From Monocercomonoides exilis PA203 (taxonomy: Eukaryota; Protista; Preaxostyla), in assembly GCA_001643675.2 (NCBI GenBank), contig LSRY02000011.1:1612001-1676000 (forward strand): a stretch of DNA of 64,000 bases, in the 5' to 3' direction. The notes beneath the pieces are model-generated. The model saw only the letters and a list, made by a program, of their open reading frames with translations, was not told where the DNA came from and ran no database searches. Position 1 is the stretch's first letter, and every line of letters begins with the position of its first letter. Positions 1 through 12,400 of this stretch are shown here, piece after piece. A program made the translations under genes and the position numbers.

Positions 1-429
1 AACGTGACCGGGTGAATCAATGATGTTGATAAGGTATCCGTCTCTTTTATCTTTTCCAGGAACCTGGAATTCGTAGTACAAAGAGATACCAGTTGATTTG
101 ATTGTGATACCTCTTTCCTGTTCATCTTCACGTGTATCCATAATACGTGCATCACCAGCCTGTTGTTGGCCAATAATACCAGCCTTCTCGACCAGAGAAT
201 CAGTCAATGTTGACTTTCCTGTTTGACATGTTCAATGAATTGAGATCAAAAGCAAATGCAATCACAAATTGCAATTATAATCAAAAAGCATCACAAAATA
301 AGGTGAGATCAAATCACAAAAATTTAAACAAAACGAACCATGATCGACATGAGCAATAACAGACATGTTTCTGATATTGTGGCGGTTTCCCATGTGTTCT
401 CTCAATTGAGCGACAGTAAAGTTCACCAT
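1..429 (-). CDS. EEF2: Eukaryotic elongation factor 2, 5' part (runs off the window; intron 219-338)
   Basis: Spliced translation [47 protein letters not shown]...[20 protein letters not shown]...[12 protein letters not shown]. Contains the G1 AHVDHGKS motif, RGITI and DSPGH. GT...AG intron. Confidence 0.97.
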
Positions 430-2041
430 TTTTGCTGATAGATTTCAAATTATATTTCAAAGAAGAAAAAGGAAGTGAATAAAATCAAATATCCAGCAAA
501 TCTAAAATGATTCGAGGCGAGTTTTAATATCCTTAAATAAATTTTTCATATAATAATGGGTCGATTGGGTTATGAGAATTTTAAAATCTCTAAAAATGTG
601 AAAGAGAGAATTGCCGCAAATGTTTTGTTAAATATTTCTGTTATAAGTTGTTATGTATGAGATATTCCTTATTTATTGAGCGTTGTAAAAGAATTTTTTC
701 CAAACTGTTTACGTTTAATTTGGAATATTTCCTTTGTTTTGAATTGTCAAATTATAATTTTTCAATCGGTTATTTTTCTGAGAAAAAGAAATAACTTTTT
801 GTTTTGCAGCACTTACAAAAGCTCCAGTCTGAATGGGAAAGAAATAATTCTGAGATTATCAAATGAATGTGTTTCCTTTGAAATTGCACTATTTTTTGTT
901 AAATCTTTCATGAACTGTACGCTCTTAAATCAACAAATTGCTTCAATTTGTTATGAGAAATTGATTCTTGATCGTATTCGAAAAATTTTTCATTTTCATA
1001 TCTGGGCTGTATGTTCTGAAACATGCAATTGCTGCACTACTACACCTTCCTTTAAATATAACGGATATATTATTTTTTGTTTTAATGAGCAAAATAAGTC
1101 CATCAATGATTGCATGGGTTTTGTGCTCAATTTTATTATTTAAGCCCCATCGTCTTTTATCTCTTCGTATTTTATTTCTGTTGGGGAAATGCTCATCACA
1201 ATAATATGATTTCAAAGATTTGTATTTAATTCTTCAATGTTGTTAATCGTTCAAGTCATTTGCAGCGGACAATTTTTAAAATTTAAAACGATAAAATTTG
1301 ATTAGTTTTGAATATCGCATTTTGAATAAATTCCACGAAAACTGATAAATAACCGTTTATTATCAATTTTTTCCATTTCTGGTGATATTGTCAGAAAATG
1401 ATAGTATTTGTTAATATTTGTCAATTCTAGTTGAATTTTGGATTATTATCATGAAAAGAGAGAGTTTTTTATTTTTATGGATTTTTTTTATTTAATTTTC
1501 TTTATTTTTTGGAAAGATGTGGAAAATTGGGTCCCGATTTTTAACTGGGGTAGAATATTCACTTTTATGAAAAAATCAATAATTTGTTTCAAACTTTAAC
1601 TGAAATCGTTAATTTATTTTTCTGACATTCTCATGAAAAATATAATATAGAAATGTTCAAAAATCGAGGAAAGTCTTTGAAAGTTCCATGTGGAACAAAT
1701 TTCATATTGCAAAAAATATTGTCCCAACTGTTAAATAATATGAATATTTCACCAAATTCAGCACACCAGAATGTTTCATTCTTCGAATGATGTTTTTTGT
1801 TAAAAAAAAATGAGATTTTTATTGAAAATCCTTTCAGAACATTATTTTAAAATCTTCATACTCAAGGTGGAACAGATTTATTCAAAAATTATTTGTTGAT
1901 GATGAAAAGATAACTAAAAAAATGATGAAAAATATTCAGATTCTTATTTTTACAACTCAATTATTTTTTGGATTTTATGATCAAGAAAAATTAAGAAGAA
2001 AATAATTTGAAGAGTGCAGAAAATTTGAATATTTCCATCAA

Positions 2042-2160
2042 TAGATGAATTGTGAATAGTATTTTTTTATTTGAATAAATTCAACTTATTTGAATGAATT
2101 GAGTTTTTCTTAAATGAAGTCATGTTATTTCAAATGGTTGAAGTGACACTTGAATAAAGT
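2042..2160 (+). repeat. Left arm of diverged inverted repeat with ~10/20-bp subrepeats
   Basis: tagatgaattgtgaatagtatttttttatttgaataaa matches the reverse complement of 6102-6139 (tagatgaattttgaatagatttttttcatttaaataaa). Similarity continues through aatgaagtcatgtt vs aatgaactcatgtt. Confidence 0.7.
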
Positions 2161-2454
2161 GCGATACACTTAAATAAATAATTTGTGAAAAAATGGTGAA
2201 CACAAATTATAAAATTTTTTCGTTAAATCTTTTACTTTATCAACAGAATAATTGAAAAATTCCTAAAAATTTATTATTTTATTTATACAAAAATAAATTT
2301 TCAGATGTGTTTAAAGATGATTTTCTTTGATAAAATGAGCTTGAAATATCGAAAATTTAGAAGTTAATACTTGTTATTCGATTCTCTTTTGACTTTTTTA
2401 TTTTTCATTTGATCATCGAATAATTTTGTATCTTAAACAAAAGTTTGCTTCTAT

Positions 2455-5400
2455 TGATGTTCGTGGAGATATCTTCCACCAAGAAATTCAATATCTCTGA
2501 AGCGCACAGCTGAATTCGCAGGTTAATGCAGCTTTCTCCTTCGTAGCTTTCTCCATTATGTGGATATATTCTAATTTTATTTTAGATATCTTTCTCAATG
2601 CAACTCAATATTCTTCTCTCTGCATTCTTCTCCACCTACCTCAAATGAGTATTAAATGATGTGATTATCGTTATCATTTCGACTGCCTTCGGATTTATCT
2701 TTATGATGTCGTTCACAATCTCAATGAATTGTTTCGCTTCTTCTTTTGTTTTCTTTATCAAATAGTTGCTGCGATATGTGCAACAAGCACATTCAATAAT
2801 ACCACAACAAATAAAACGGTCGCAACCAATTTAATCGATGATTATCCTACCTTTTCTCCTTCAACATTTCTTTCATCTCCTTTTGATTGAAGTTTTCTTC
2901 TGTGTTTCAGAATGAATGGATCAATTGAAGAATGCGAGCTAGCACTCTCTTACAGAAGGCTCACAGGCTCTTCCGTTGTTTCAGAAGCCATTCACACTAT
3001 TAATGCTGGAATGACTACAAGAATTAAAGTTTCATTTTCAAAAAGTTGTGCATGCAGTGGAAATATCTGAGCTTGTGAATCGAATCATTGAATGAATCAA
3101 CCTGGAGAGCCAAGCAACAGGGCAGAAGCAAGAAACATGCAAGATCAATCGCAAGAGTGTTGCCTTGCTGGTGAGACTTCACTGAGTGAAGCTGCGGAAT
3201 GAAGAACGAAGAGGTTCTTTCTGAAGTAATTCCAGAGAGACTGCATCCCAAGCTCAATACCCAAAGTGATGAGTACTCTTTTAAGCCATCTCCGCCTTTC
3301 AGACTCTGAATGTTCAGCAGCGCATGGTCTGAACAGACGATGTTGTTCCTCATTGATGGATAGCCTGCTGCATTCGGGATGTTGTTGGCAAACAATCCAA
3401 ATTGTGCGGATATGCTTCTTCCTGACACAAATAACCCTCCTTTTAATGAATTGGCGGTTGTGGTGTTTTTCATTACTCCTGAACAATTGGAAAGATCGAT
3501 CATGGAGCCATTCCACTCACATAGCTCTTCAAATGGTTCTTTGTTAGCTCTCAACTCTTGTGTGCTTGCTGCTACATCATACACGCATGAAGATAAGCAA
3601 ACATCCGATAAATTCGTCAAAGCAGCAATTCTCCCCTTTTCTGAGGATGAAATTCATTTTTGGTTGGTGCAATTCTCTAATTCCACCAACAAAGATGAAG
3701 ATGAAGCGGCCAAACAGCACGGACCAAAGGAATTTCTGGTTATGTTTTGAAATGAAGACTGCTTCAGCAGGAATGTCGAAGCATTCGATGTCACTCTCAC
3801 TGCACACCCATCCCCAAACACGGTGTTTGAAACAGCCAAGAAATTCATCTCAACATACGTTTCTTGGCATTCAACAGAAACCAACGATTCACTTGAAATG
3901 AGAGCATCATCGAATTCCAAATGAATGCCCTGGATGTTTGAATGCCCTCCAGAACCATCTGAGGAAAACACAATCACGCTTGATCCGCTCGGAGTGCCTC
4001 TCATCTGAATGTTCTGGAGCTGGCAGTCTTTGCAGTTGCGTAGAACGAGGCCTGATCGCTGGGCGCTGCAATTGGATGCATGCACCTGCTGTATGGACAG
4101 CTTTGCCAGTTCGTGGGAATCCATCAGCACTCCAGTAACAACATCTGTGAAATTCAGAAATGCACATTAGAAATATTCCCCACGACTTGTCACCAGGCAT
4201 GAAGAACTGAGACAGAGGCAAGCAAAAGTGCAGTCAGAAATCGTCAATCTTCCACCACTCATTTCAACAATCGAGCAATTCAGTTCAATTTCAGATCCTC
4301 CACCAGAAGCTACTTGAGCAAATATTGTGTCTGCAATCGACAAGTTGCCATCAGTCAGTGATAATAAAATGGAGTGCGGAGAAGAAAAAACTCTTCCAAA
4401 CAAAAACGAAAGAAATTCGATTTTGACTCTCGATGAGCACGAAATGAGACTGCTCGCCTTGCTATCAATGCTGCTGTTCAGCACAACATTCCCTCTTTCT
4501 CCTTCTTCATCCAGCGACTTGAGCCAAACATCGCAAGCGCTTGCTTCCACTGTCACCTCAGCGCTTTTGTCAATCAGAAAACTGCTGTAAACTGAAGGAA
4601 TGATGTGGGGCAGAGCTTCATTCAAGGAAATGCACGGTTCGCTCATTGCGCCACGCTGCTGCGAATCAGAAGCGTTGTCCGTTGTTGAAGATGCAAATAT
4701 TGTCTCGCTCTGATACACAACCACAAGCAGCAACAGATCTTGCTCATCAGCATAGTCAGGTGCTGTGCATCCACACATCGCAAACTCCCTGACAAACTGT
4801 GCTCTGAAATCGAGCTGGAAGAGCTCAACGCTGATTTGAGATTTGATGTTTGTGCATTTCACAGACACGTCTATTCGCACAAATGTTTTGTTCCCCATGA
4901 ATGTGGTGTTTTTTTACATAAAAGGAAGCAGGCCATCACTTGTGATCGAAGAGCAATCTAGGAATATTGCACCTCCTCTTCCACTTTCCGAGCAGAAGCA
5001 CGAGGAGACAGCTGAAAAATGGAATTCAAAAAACCTTCCTTCGCTCAATTTCATGATCATCCCTCCACCGCTCTCGCTCTGTCTGTTTCCACTGTTCTTG
5101 ATCGATGTATTTTGCAAATGAACGCTGCAAGACTTACAACCAGTGCAGCTGATGATGGAGGGTTCAGAAGGAATATTTTGGAGAAGCGAGCGAAGGAACA
5201 GCATTTGAGTTATGCTGTTGAACTGCAGCCTTCATTCAATCTCTGAGACTCGTCTTGAAATTCAGCCTGCGCAAATACTGCCACAACGCTTTTGCGCATC
5301 AGTTCAATATTGCTCATCGAAACATTTATCATGTCAAACTGCTGCCAAGCGATGCAATGAGGATGCTTTCTTCGGCTTGGATGAATTTGAATAAGCAGCT

Positions 5401-5520
5401 CGATAATATGCATGTTTCATACAGACAGGAGACGATGCAACAAGGAATGTCTGCTCGAGAAGCGCAGTCAAATAGCAAGAGAAAAATAATTGAATTTCGT
5501 TCATTATTCAATGACATAAT
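2455..5520 (-). pseudogene. Frameshifted, 3'-truncated paralog of the large Cys/Gly-rich transmembrane receptor(-pseudokinase) family
   Basis: Fragment ORFs in different frames (4914-5204, 4167-4898, 3654-4130, 3024-3620) carry family motifs GRGGAIFLDC, PCISL, ELCEWNGSMIDL, GGLFVSG and GYPSMRNNIVC, matching GRGGGM, EICGWNGSLID, GGLWVSGG and GYPSARRNAIC in 35666-43483. A decayed TM/RKQK/PKAVEM segment with stops lies at ~2460-2900. Confidence 0.85.
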
Positions 5521-6007
5521 GAATACATGTTTCTTTATTTTTTTAGAATTTTCAAAAAAGTTCTATCAATTTCATATATTGTCCGATGATTTTCTCAAGT
5601 CTTTTAATGTTATCGAACCAATCTTAGCATAAATGCTAGTTGTTTGCGTATATATTGGTGCAAACAAATTTGTTCTATTTGCTCAATATAAAAATATATA
5701 ATTCTTGAAATAATTCACGAAATTCTTCTTTTTATCAATTATCAAAACTGTAAAAACATGTGGATTGCATTCATATAAGTTAAATAATCAACGAATGTAA
5801 CGTTGATATGTTTTGAATCGTTTGTTTGTGAAAAAGAATTTAAACAGTTTAATAAACATTTTGATCATTTCGATCATTAAAAATTTTGATGAAAACAACA
5901 AAAATCATTCGCAAAACAACATAGTTAATTTACAAATAATATATGTGTGTTTTTGCGATCAATTTTTTATACATCAAAAATATTTGTTTTTTATATAAAT
6001 TTTCGTA

Positions 6008-6139
6008 ACTCAAATGAACTCAGTCTATCTCAAATGAACTCGATTTATTCAAATAAACTCGAACTATTCGAATAAACATGAGTTCATTTGAATAAACCTG
6101 GTTTATTTAAATGAAAAAAATCTATTCAAAATTCATCTA
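6008..6139 (-). repeat. Right arm of inverted repeat; array of tcaaat(g/a)aactc units including an internally inverted copy
   Basis: tcaaatgaactc at 6010 and 6030, tcaaataaactc at 6049, reverse-complement unit gagttcatttga at 6080. Outer end is homologous (inverted) to 2042 onward. Confidence 0.75.
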
Positions 6140-7375
6140 ATTTTAGAAAATAACGGGTTGTTTTTTTGAAAAGAAATTGAAACTCACCTAAATTTTGAAA
6201 GTTGTTGGACATTTGTATTCTTTTTATGAAACAAATTTATTCAAAGATACAGCTTTTTTTAAAAAATTCAATATAATACGATGAAAAAATTTTTACACAA
6301 TTATTTCCTTTTTTTTTTTTTTTTTTTTTTTTGATGACAAAAATTTCATATTTTTCCCCATATTCTGTGTTGTTTAAATTAAAAATATTTTATTTTCATT
6401 TTGCAAGGTAAAGTGTGCACTTAACTCAATTTGTTGGAATCATTTTTTTCTCAAGAATTGAGATAATTAGTTTTTAGAGATTTTCGAAAAATGAAAATTG
6501 AATTATAAATGTCTTTCTTGTTTTGAATAGTTCCTTTTGAACATCTGCATCACATGCCTTTTGACATGATCATTTTTGGAGTGATATGACATGACTGAAA
6601 TTTTTTTCATTCACTTCTATAAAAAAATATATCTAAAAATTTTGAACAATAAATGCAAATAAAAATTGATAAGTTTAAGTTTTTCATCAAATATTATTCA
6701 TAGTGTTTTTTAAAGTTTCATTTATTTAAAAATGTTCATTTTTTATTTTGAAATGAACAACAGGTTGTGTCGTGATTATTTTTTTGCGGCACAAATACCA
6801 CAGCACTCACGATCCTGCAAGGCACTGACTGACGAGTGCTAACTTTTTTCAAATCGAAGCAGATGTTCATATCCTTTTATTGTATTTCCAAGCAAAAATA
6901 AAAATAGAACATTATCATTATATTTCTTTTCCCACTCGCTTCACTTCGACGATATGGAAAAAAAGGCTTGGTGACATTCTTATTTCCAAAATGGTGAAAT
7001 TAAGATTTGGATGTTAAAAATTTTTTGATAAAAATATTCAAAATTCATTTACTTATGAAATTTTTATATAAGGAACTTCCAAAAAGATTTTTATCGAAAG
7101 GATGATTATTTTTTAAACCCGAGTTTTTTCAATCGTAATTTTCTGCACGTGAATAAACCTTTTATTTTGATAAATGAACACCAAAAAGTTTCGACTCTAT
7201 TCAAAGAAAAAAATAATACTTATGCAATATGTAACTATTTCATAAGAATTCAATTATTGTCCATTTTTAATATGACAGAAAAATTCTTTTCCAGAAAAAA
7301 AAAATAAATAAATAAATATAAAAATATTCAAATTAAATAAAATTAAAAAATAAAAAATATAAATAAAAAATAATA

Positions 7376-7377
<2 letters not shown>

Positions 7378-7413
<36 letters not shown>
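7378..7413. repeat. Poly(A) tract
   Basis: About 36 consecutive A. Confidence 0.9.
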
Positions 7414-7415
<2 letters not shown>

Positions 7416-8434
7416 TCTGAGAATCAACACTCCTGAAAAAGTAATGATTTCATATATAATCTCTATATTTTTATTTCGGTGCGAGAATATTTATTTATTG
7501 GGGAAGTTTGATGCATTTATTGAAAAAAGAAAACAAAATTTGAACTGTCTTTTTTTCTCAATAAAAAACATTTGCAATATTTTCTTAAGAATCCCCCAGC
7601 TGAAAGGAGAATGTGATTAATTCGAAAAATTACGTTAGAATTTCTTTGTTATTGAGAAAGAGATTTTTGTGATTTTTGTGTCATTTTTGAAAACATTATT
7701 ATCTTCGAGGTTATGATAGCGATAAAAATTCATTGTTAAAAAAATCAATATATTTTTGAAAACTGAAATTCATTTCAATTGTATCAAAAGTTAATGTTAA
7801 ATGTTTATGCAAGAAAGAAATGTTAAAAATTAAGTTATTACTTTTCTTTGTTGATCGACAATTATTTAAAACAAAATCATCTAATTGAAATTTTTGATAG
7901 AAAAAATGCGCCAATAATAATTCATGATCGAAAATTTTTCTAGAAAAGTCGAAAGCTTGAAAAACCTATTTTTTGAAAAAAGTTTGCAAATATAAAAAAA
8001 ATCCTATAAATACAATTTTGTTGTTGTAAAATCAAAGATTTTTGATATTTTGAAGAATTTTCATCTATTTTCCAATACATTTTTGTGCTTCATTTAGAAA
8101 AATTGCACAATTAGAATATGAGAAGATTAATGATATATTTTTATCTCACCTCAATTGAAAGCATGCTGATACTTTAATTTTTCGAAAAAGACAAGTTTCG
8201 TTTTATTTCCAATTTAATGAAGAATGATGAGGATTGTGTTCTTTTTTTTTTCATTTTTATTTAATAATCAAAAACACTTCTTTTTTTATTTGATCAAACA
8301 AATCATGAACATTTGTTTAGAGTTTGTTTCTGAGTTTTATTTGGTACCAAATTTTCAAAATTCACAGAAAACAGCAGTACAAACACATCAAAAAATGTTT
8401 GCAAAAAGTTAATTATTTAATTTTATTTCATGTT

Positions 8435-8793
8435 CAGTTTGTGTAAAAAATACCGGACAAGATCGATTTCTCAATAACCGCAAGAGGAAAAATTCTGTTA
8501 ATTTTCCTAATTATATATCTCATAAATTCAAACTCAATTGAAACACGGGACTTTCAGGACAGCTTCATTTGTGCTCAGAGAAAACAAATATCGAAATCTC
8601 GGAGAAACTCAAAATTCTATTTCTTTGAGATTTCAATCATCAATTTTTTCTGAGCACAAATGAAGCTGCTTTGAAAATTATGTATATCAAATGAGTTTGA
8701 ATTAATGAGATGTGTTTTGTGGATAATTGACAAAATTATTCCTCTTGCGGTTATTGAGAAATCGATCTTGTCCGGTATTTTTTGCACAAACTG
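8435..8793. mobile_element. Palindromic MITE (Tc1/mariner/pogo-type CAGT terminus), 359 bp
   Basis: Left end cagtttgtgtaaaaaataccggacaagatcgatttctcaataaccgcaagagga is the reverse complement of the right end (1 mismatch in ~54 nt). Inner arms also pair (cagcttcatttgtgctcaga / tctgagcacaaatgaagctg). TA on the right flank, TT on the left. Confidence 0.85.
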
Positions 8794-9342
8794 TATTCTC
8801 TTTGTTACACATTTATTTGCAATACAAAATTTTTTCAATTTCGAAAGAAAATTTTACGATTTCGTTTGCAATTTTTTCGACTTTGAATAATAATTATCAA
8901 CTTTGATAGTTTTTCGATTTTGGATTATTTTTTGTGTATGATTTTAAAGAAAAAGCACCCATATTGTGCAAAAAAAAAGCTTGAAAATCATATTTTTGCC
9001 AAAATGTTCATTTTTTTGAAAAAAAATTAAAAATTAAAGATTTCAACTTTAACATTAAAATTTGTTAAAAAAAAAGAGACGTTCATCACAAAAAAATAAA
9101 ATTATACTAATTAACTTTCAAAACATATAGCTTCTCAAAAATACAATTTTCAAAGAATTAGTGAACATATAATACGTTTCTTTATATAAAAACAAAATGG
9201 CAGGACTACGAATAAAGATTAAGAAATTAATTAATAATTAATAAAAGATCAAAACAGAAAGATACAAAACCCAGCATATTTATCCAGAAATAAGACCTCT
9301 TCAAAAAAGTATGCCACCTAAATCAAAGTAAAAAACAATAGT

Positions 9343-9344
<2 letters not shown>

Positions 9345-9425
<81 letters not shown>
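9345..9425. repeat. (AAT)n microsatellite just downstream of the RRM gene stop
   Basis: About 27 perfect AAT units. Confidence 0.95.
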
Positions 9426-9428
<3 letters not shown>

Positions 9429-9460
9429 GGAAAAAGGAGAAAGAGGCTCGAACAGAGCAA

Positions 9461-12400
9461 TTACATTGTTATTGGGTATTTTTCTTTTTGTTTCTTAAAC
9501 TCCTCAGCGCTTTCATTCAAATATTCCTCCGATCTGCAAAGACGTTCCGTAACAGTATTTTGCTTGACATCAATTTTAATACAATTCAGATCTGCACCAT
9601 CAAATTTTTCACTTTCTTTCTTTTGCTCTTCTTCTCCACCCAAAACAACGAATTCCTGTGTTTTCGAGCAATCTTCCTTTCCTGAGCCAGCATCAGAAGA
9701 AGAAATCGAGCTATCCAAAGGAAGCTGTGCTTGGCTGTCTGGGCGCGGGATAAGAGAAACGCTTGAAGAAATTGTGTCTTCTTCGTCAGAACGATAGGAG
9801 AAAGAGCAGTTTGTGGAGCCTGTTTCAGAAGAGGAAGAGGAAGAGGAAGAGGAAAAGGGAGAGGAAGAAGAAGAGGGAGAGGAGGAAGAAGAAGAAGAAG
9901 AAGAAGATGATGATGATGATGAAGAGTCAATGGTAGGACAGTGTGACTTATTTGTTGAATGGAGGTTTATAATTGTGTCTGTGAAAGAATGAGAAGGAGA
10001 AGAAGAGGAAGAGGAAGAGGAAGAGGAAGAGGAAGAAGGAGAAGAAGAAGAAGATGATGACGAAGAGTCACCGGAAGGACAGAATGCCTTTTGTGTTGAA
10101 TGGAGGTTTATAATTGTGTCTGTGAAAGAATGAGAAGGAGAAGAAGAGGAAGAGGAAGAGGAAGAGGAAGAGGAAGAAGGAGAAGAGGAAGAAGGAGAAG
10201 GAGAAGGAGAACAAATTGACTTTGATGTAGCGAGGAGTGCAAACCTATCCAACAAAGACGTGGAAGTAGGAGAAGGAGAAGAAGGAGAAGAAGGAGGAGA
10301 AGGGAGAGAAGGAGGAGAAGAAGAAGAAGACAAAGAAGAAGAAGAAGAAGAACATGATGATGATGATGAAAAGGAAGAGGTTGCTGGTGTTAATGATGAT
10401 GAAGACAAATAAGTCTCCAGCGAAGAAGAAGAAGAAGAAGAAGAAGAAGAAGAAGAAGAAGAAGAAGAAGAAGAAGAAGAAGAAGAAGAAGAAGAAGACA
10501 AGGAGAAAGACGTGCTAGTTGATAAAGAAGAATTAGCTGTATTTTCTTTCGCATCATTTTCTATCGGTGCTGTCAGGTTTTTCTGTGAACGAGTGTTTAA
10601 CCTCTCAAATTTCGCGTTTTTGTCACATTCGCTTTTATCTTCCTCTGCCTTGCTGCTTTCAGAGGAATCTGGCTGCTCTTTGAAAGAACAGGGTTGACTG
10701 GTGGGCAGAATGGGAAGAGATGGCTGATCTGATGTTGGGATGGAAGGATAAGGAAGAGAAGGAGAAGAAGACGAAGTTGATGATACGAATGCATTTTGTG
10801 AATATTCAGAAGCGTTTGTTCTGAAATGATGTGGGAATGAAGAAGATACAGAGGGATAGTTGGAAATAGGACGAAAAGAATCAAATAAAGAATTAGCAGA
10901 AAATGTTGATGCTGAAGAAGAAGAAGAAGAAGAAGAGAAGGAGGAAGGAGAAGGAGAAGGAGAAGAAGAAGAAGAGAAGGAGAAAGGAGAGGAGGAGGAA
11001 GGAGAAGAAGATGAGACTGCAACTGAAGGCTGAGAGAAGAAAGGGGCTGCAAACGGATAAGGGGAAGCGGAAGAGGAAGCGGAAGCGGAAGAGGAAGAGG
11101 AAGAGGAAGAAAGAGAAGAAAGAGAAGAAGAAAAAGAAGGATAAGAAGGATGAGAAGATGAATTAGGTGAAGGAGGCATTGAAAACAGCGGTGGGGAGGC
11201 AGAAGAATTTGAGTGATGTGCAGAATGCAGATGGCGACTGAGAGTGTCTTGATGTGAAGTGAATGAAGATTGTTGCGCAGGCAGAGGGGCAGACATCTTT
11301 GGAACGAACTCCTTTGAAAAAGGGTTCAGCGAAGAGACGGTTGGCTCCGGAGGCGGCGTGGAAGGACAAGGAGTACGCTGTGTGATATTTGGAGTGATGT
11401 TTTGAGTGGGAGTCCGTGTGAATGAGTGCTGGGCAGCCGGAGTATGATTAGGAAGAGTGTTAATTCGGAGGCAGGGGCGCAGCTGCAGAGGAGGATGACG
11501 ATTCAGAAGGGGGAGATTGGGGTGTGATGGAGGAGGGCGATGGCCGGAGGAGGGATCGATGGAAAGAGCGTTGTTGTGGCTGCTGCAGTGGCTGCTGTCG
11601 AGAGAGGGGCGAGAAGAAGGCTGAGGGGAATGGAAATGGGGTGAACATGAGTAAGAGAGAGAGGGAGAGAGAAAGGAAGAGGATGAATTTGAAGAGTGTG
11701 TTGCAAAACTGCGGAAAGAGTGGATGCTGTTGGGGGAAGTGTGGTCTGAGGCGAAAGAGAGAGGAGGAGACCGAGAAGAAGAAGAAGAAGAAGAAGAAGA
11801 AGAAGAAGAAGAAGAAGAAGAAGAAGAAGAAGAAGAAGAAGAAGGAGGAGGAGGAGGAGGAGGAGGAGGAGGAGAAGAAGAAGAAGAATCCATTTTTCTC
11901 TTCTGAATTTGTTCCACATTTGATTCATTTTTTGGTGCAGCATCCAACAAAGCGTCCGGATTAACGTGCCAATCTTTCAAATGGTCCAAGAAAGAGTCGA
12001 GTTCTTCGCTGCACACGCATTTCCTGCACAGTTGGATTGTGAATTCTTTCAAGTGGATAATGCCATCTGGTATTTTGCTCCACAACGCATCTATCATCGA
12101 TTCAAACATTTTGATGTGACCGAATGGTTGGACATCACCTTTATCGATGGGAATGAATATTTCGATTTTACTGTCAGGAAAGATTCCTGAAAGCACTTTT
12201 TCAACATGTTTCTTCATTGTCTTACATTGCCTTTTCTTTTGGTCAGATGAATAAATAATGAAGCATTGTCTTTCAGAAAGAATATCAACATTTGCCCATC
12301 TAATTTCCTCACCATCTTTTATTATTTGTTCATTCAATAATTTTCGTGTAAGTTCAGCACAAGGTCTATCTGGAAATCGAACAAACAATTGTGTTTTTGT

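Noticed and set aside
676-1215. Overlapping short ORFs, one with YYCDEHF reminiscent of a THAP zinc-finger end
   Set aside because: No upstream CxxC or W/AVP motifs and no coherent splice model. Consistent with AT-rich noise or an unrecognisable remnant.
2455-5520. Stop-codon reassignment or programmed frameshifting to rescue the broken receptor ORFs
   Set aside because: Conserved genes end in TAA or TGA, and the breaks include frameshifts and truncation, so ordinary pseudogenisation explains them.
6008-6112. Short periodic repeats as a CRISPR array
   Set aside because: Eukaryotic context, ~20-bp period with no unique spacers, and no cas genes.
6800-6860. CTGACGA resembling a hammerhead ribozyme core
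   Set aside because: No correctly placed GAAA or stem II/III arrangement.
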